The notes beneath the pieces are model-generated. The model worked only from the letters and a program-made list of their open reading frames with translations, did not search any database and was not told where the DNA came from. A stretch of DNA of 64,000 nt. It comes from Magallana gigas (taxonomy: Eukaryota). The stretch is taken from assembly GCF_963853765.1 (NCBI RefSeq), contig NC_088858.1, positions 43,276,001 through 43,340,000 of the forward strand, written 5' to 3'. How positions within the stretch are numbered: position 1 is the first letter of the stretch; each line of letters starts with the position of its first letter. Position numbers and translations under genes: made by a program. Below, piece after piece: positions 62,991 to 64,000 of the stretch.

Positions 62991-63774
62991 ATCCTAAAGA
63001 TATACCTAAATAATTTATATCATCATTTTATCTTAAGCAGACATATTGAGACGTACATGTATTAAAACTTTCTTTCGAGATTGTATAGCATGCAAGTGAC
63101 AATTGAGTATCAAAAAAAAAAACCCAGACAAGACTGAAAAACAAACAAGCAAAATTAAAACAAGGAATTCTTCGAGAGTTGTAGGAGGAGGGAGCACTAA
63201 TGTTAACAAACGGAGGAGCCAACAATCATTAGTCGATTTTTTTTATCATTTTGGTTAAAATTTAACATTCTTAATTTGATTGTTGCGTATTGAAGTAAAT
63301 TAACTAGAAAATCAAATTGGTTTTAAAGGAACTTATCGGAGGATTGATTATTCTAACCACGCTGAATTTGATCAGTTTTATACACCTTGAACAACAATGA
63401 AATTATTAAGTAAACGTGATATTGGACCAAAAACCGCAGATAATAGGCCAAAACGCATTTAAGATAATAAATTAATGTGTCTTACAGTTAAGATGCTTTC
63501 TCTGATATCCCCGCCTCCAAAAACTGTTCTCCTTATCTATGCATTTGTTTCAATCAAATATTTATTTTGAAGATTAGAAATAGATCAAGTACATTGTATC
63601 TTCATAAATCACAAGAAATCTACATTTTATAAAAATTATTGAAATCGAAACCTTACATAACGCCTCATTCTAACAGTGCGTAAAGATGTCACATTAAAAA
63701 AAATATGTGGGTTATCAAAGCAAAAATGATAGATGCATTCAATTTATTGTCCTTATCAATCCAATGGTTTCGTT

Positions 63775-63776
<2 letters not shown>

Positions 63777-63861
<85 letters not shown>
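63777..63861. repeat. (CT)n microsatellite
   Basis: About 42 perfect units. Confidence 0.98.
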
Positions 63862-63864
<3 letters not shown>

Positions 63865-64000
63865 ATTCTCTGTAGTTCACTGATAGTATGCCTTCCTATA
63901 TAAGACTGAGCTCTTTTTTACTATTTTTTCTTTTCAAAATAGCTGAAACAACGCCAACTGTTCTCCGTATCGATCTGTAATTCCAGCGTATGCCAGAACT

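Overview
AT-rich eukaryotic genomic DNA, most likely from a bivalve (oyster-like; inferred from composition, intron sizes and repeat types), on a scaffold with two N-gaps. All gene models were reconstructed by hand from GT-AG sites and frame continuity. Six spliced genes are present: SELENOF (minus, 4 exons, in-frame UGA/Sec plus a form-2 SECIS); an SLC23/NAT-family nucleobase-ascorbate transporter (minus, 11 exons, 606 aa) with non-canonical substrate-site residues; UMAD1 (minus); an acidic Ser-rich protein (minus); a small plus-strand gene made only of phase-0 mini-exons that is absent from the ORF track; and an ankyrin-repeat protein (minus). Intron 2 of the ankyrin gene holds an intact, intronless 511-aa Crypton-type tyrosine recombinase ORF in antisense, flanked by long hairpins. 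Several ORF-less hairpin elements of similar design are scattered through the window, along with MITEs, Helentron-like repeats, tRNA-derived heads and microsatellites. A 32-bp minisatellite appears to be an amplified copy of an SLC23 splice-donor junction.
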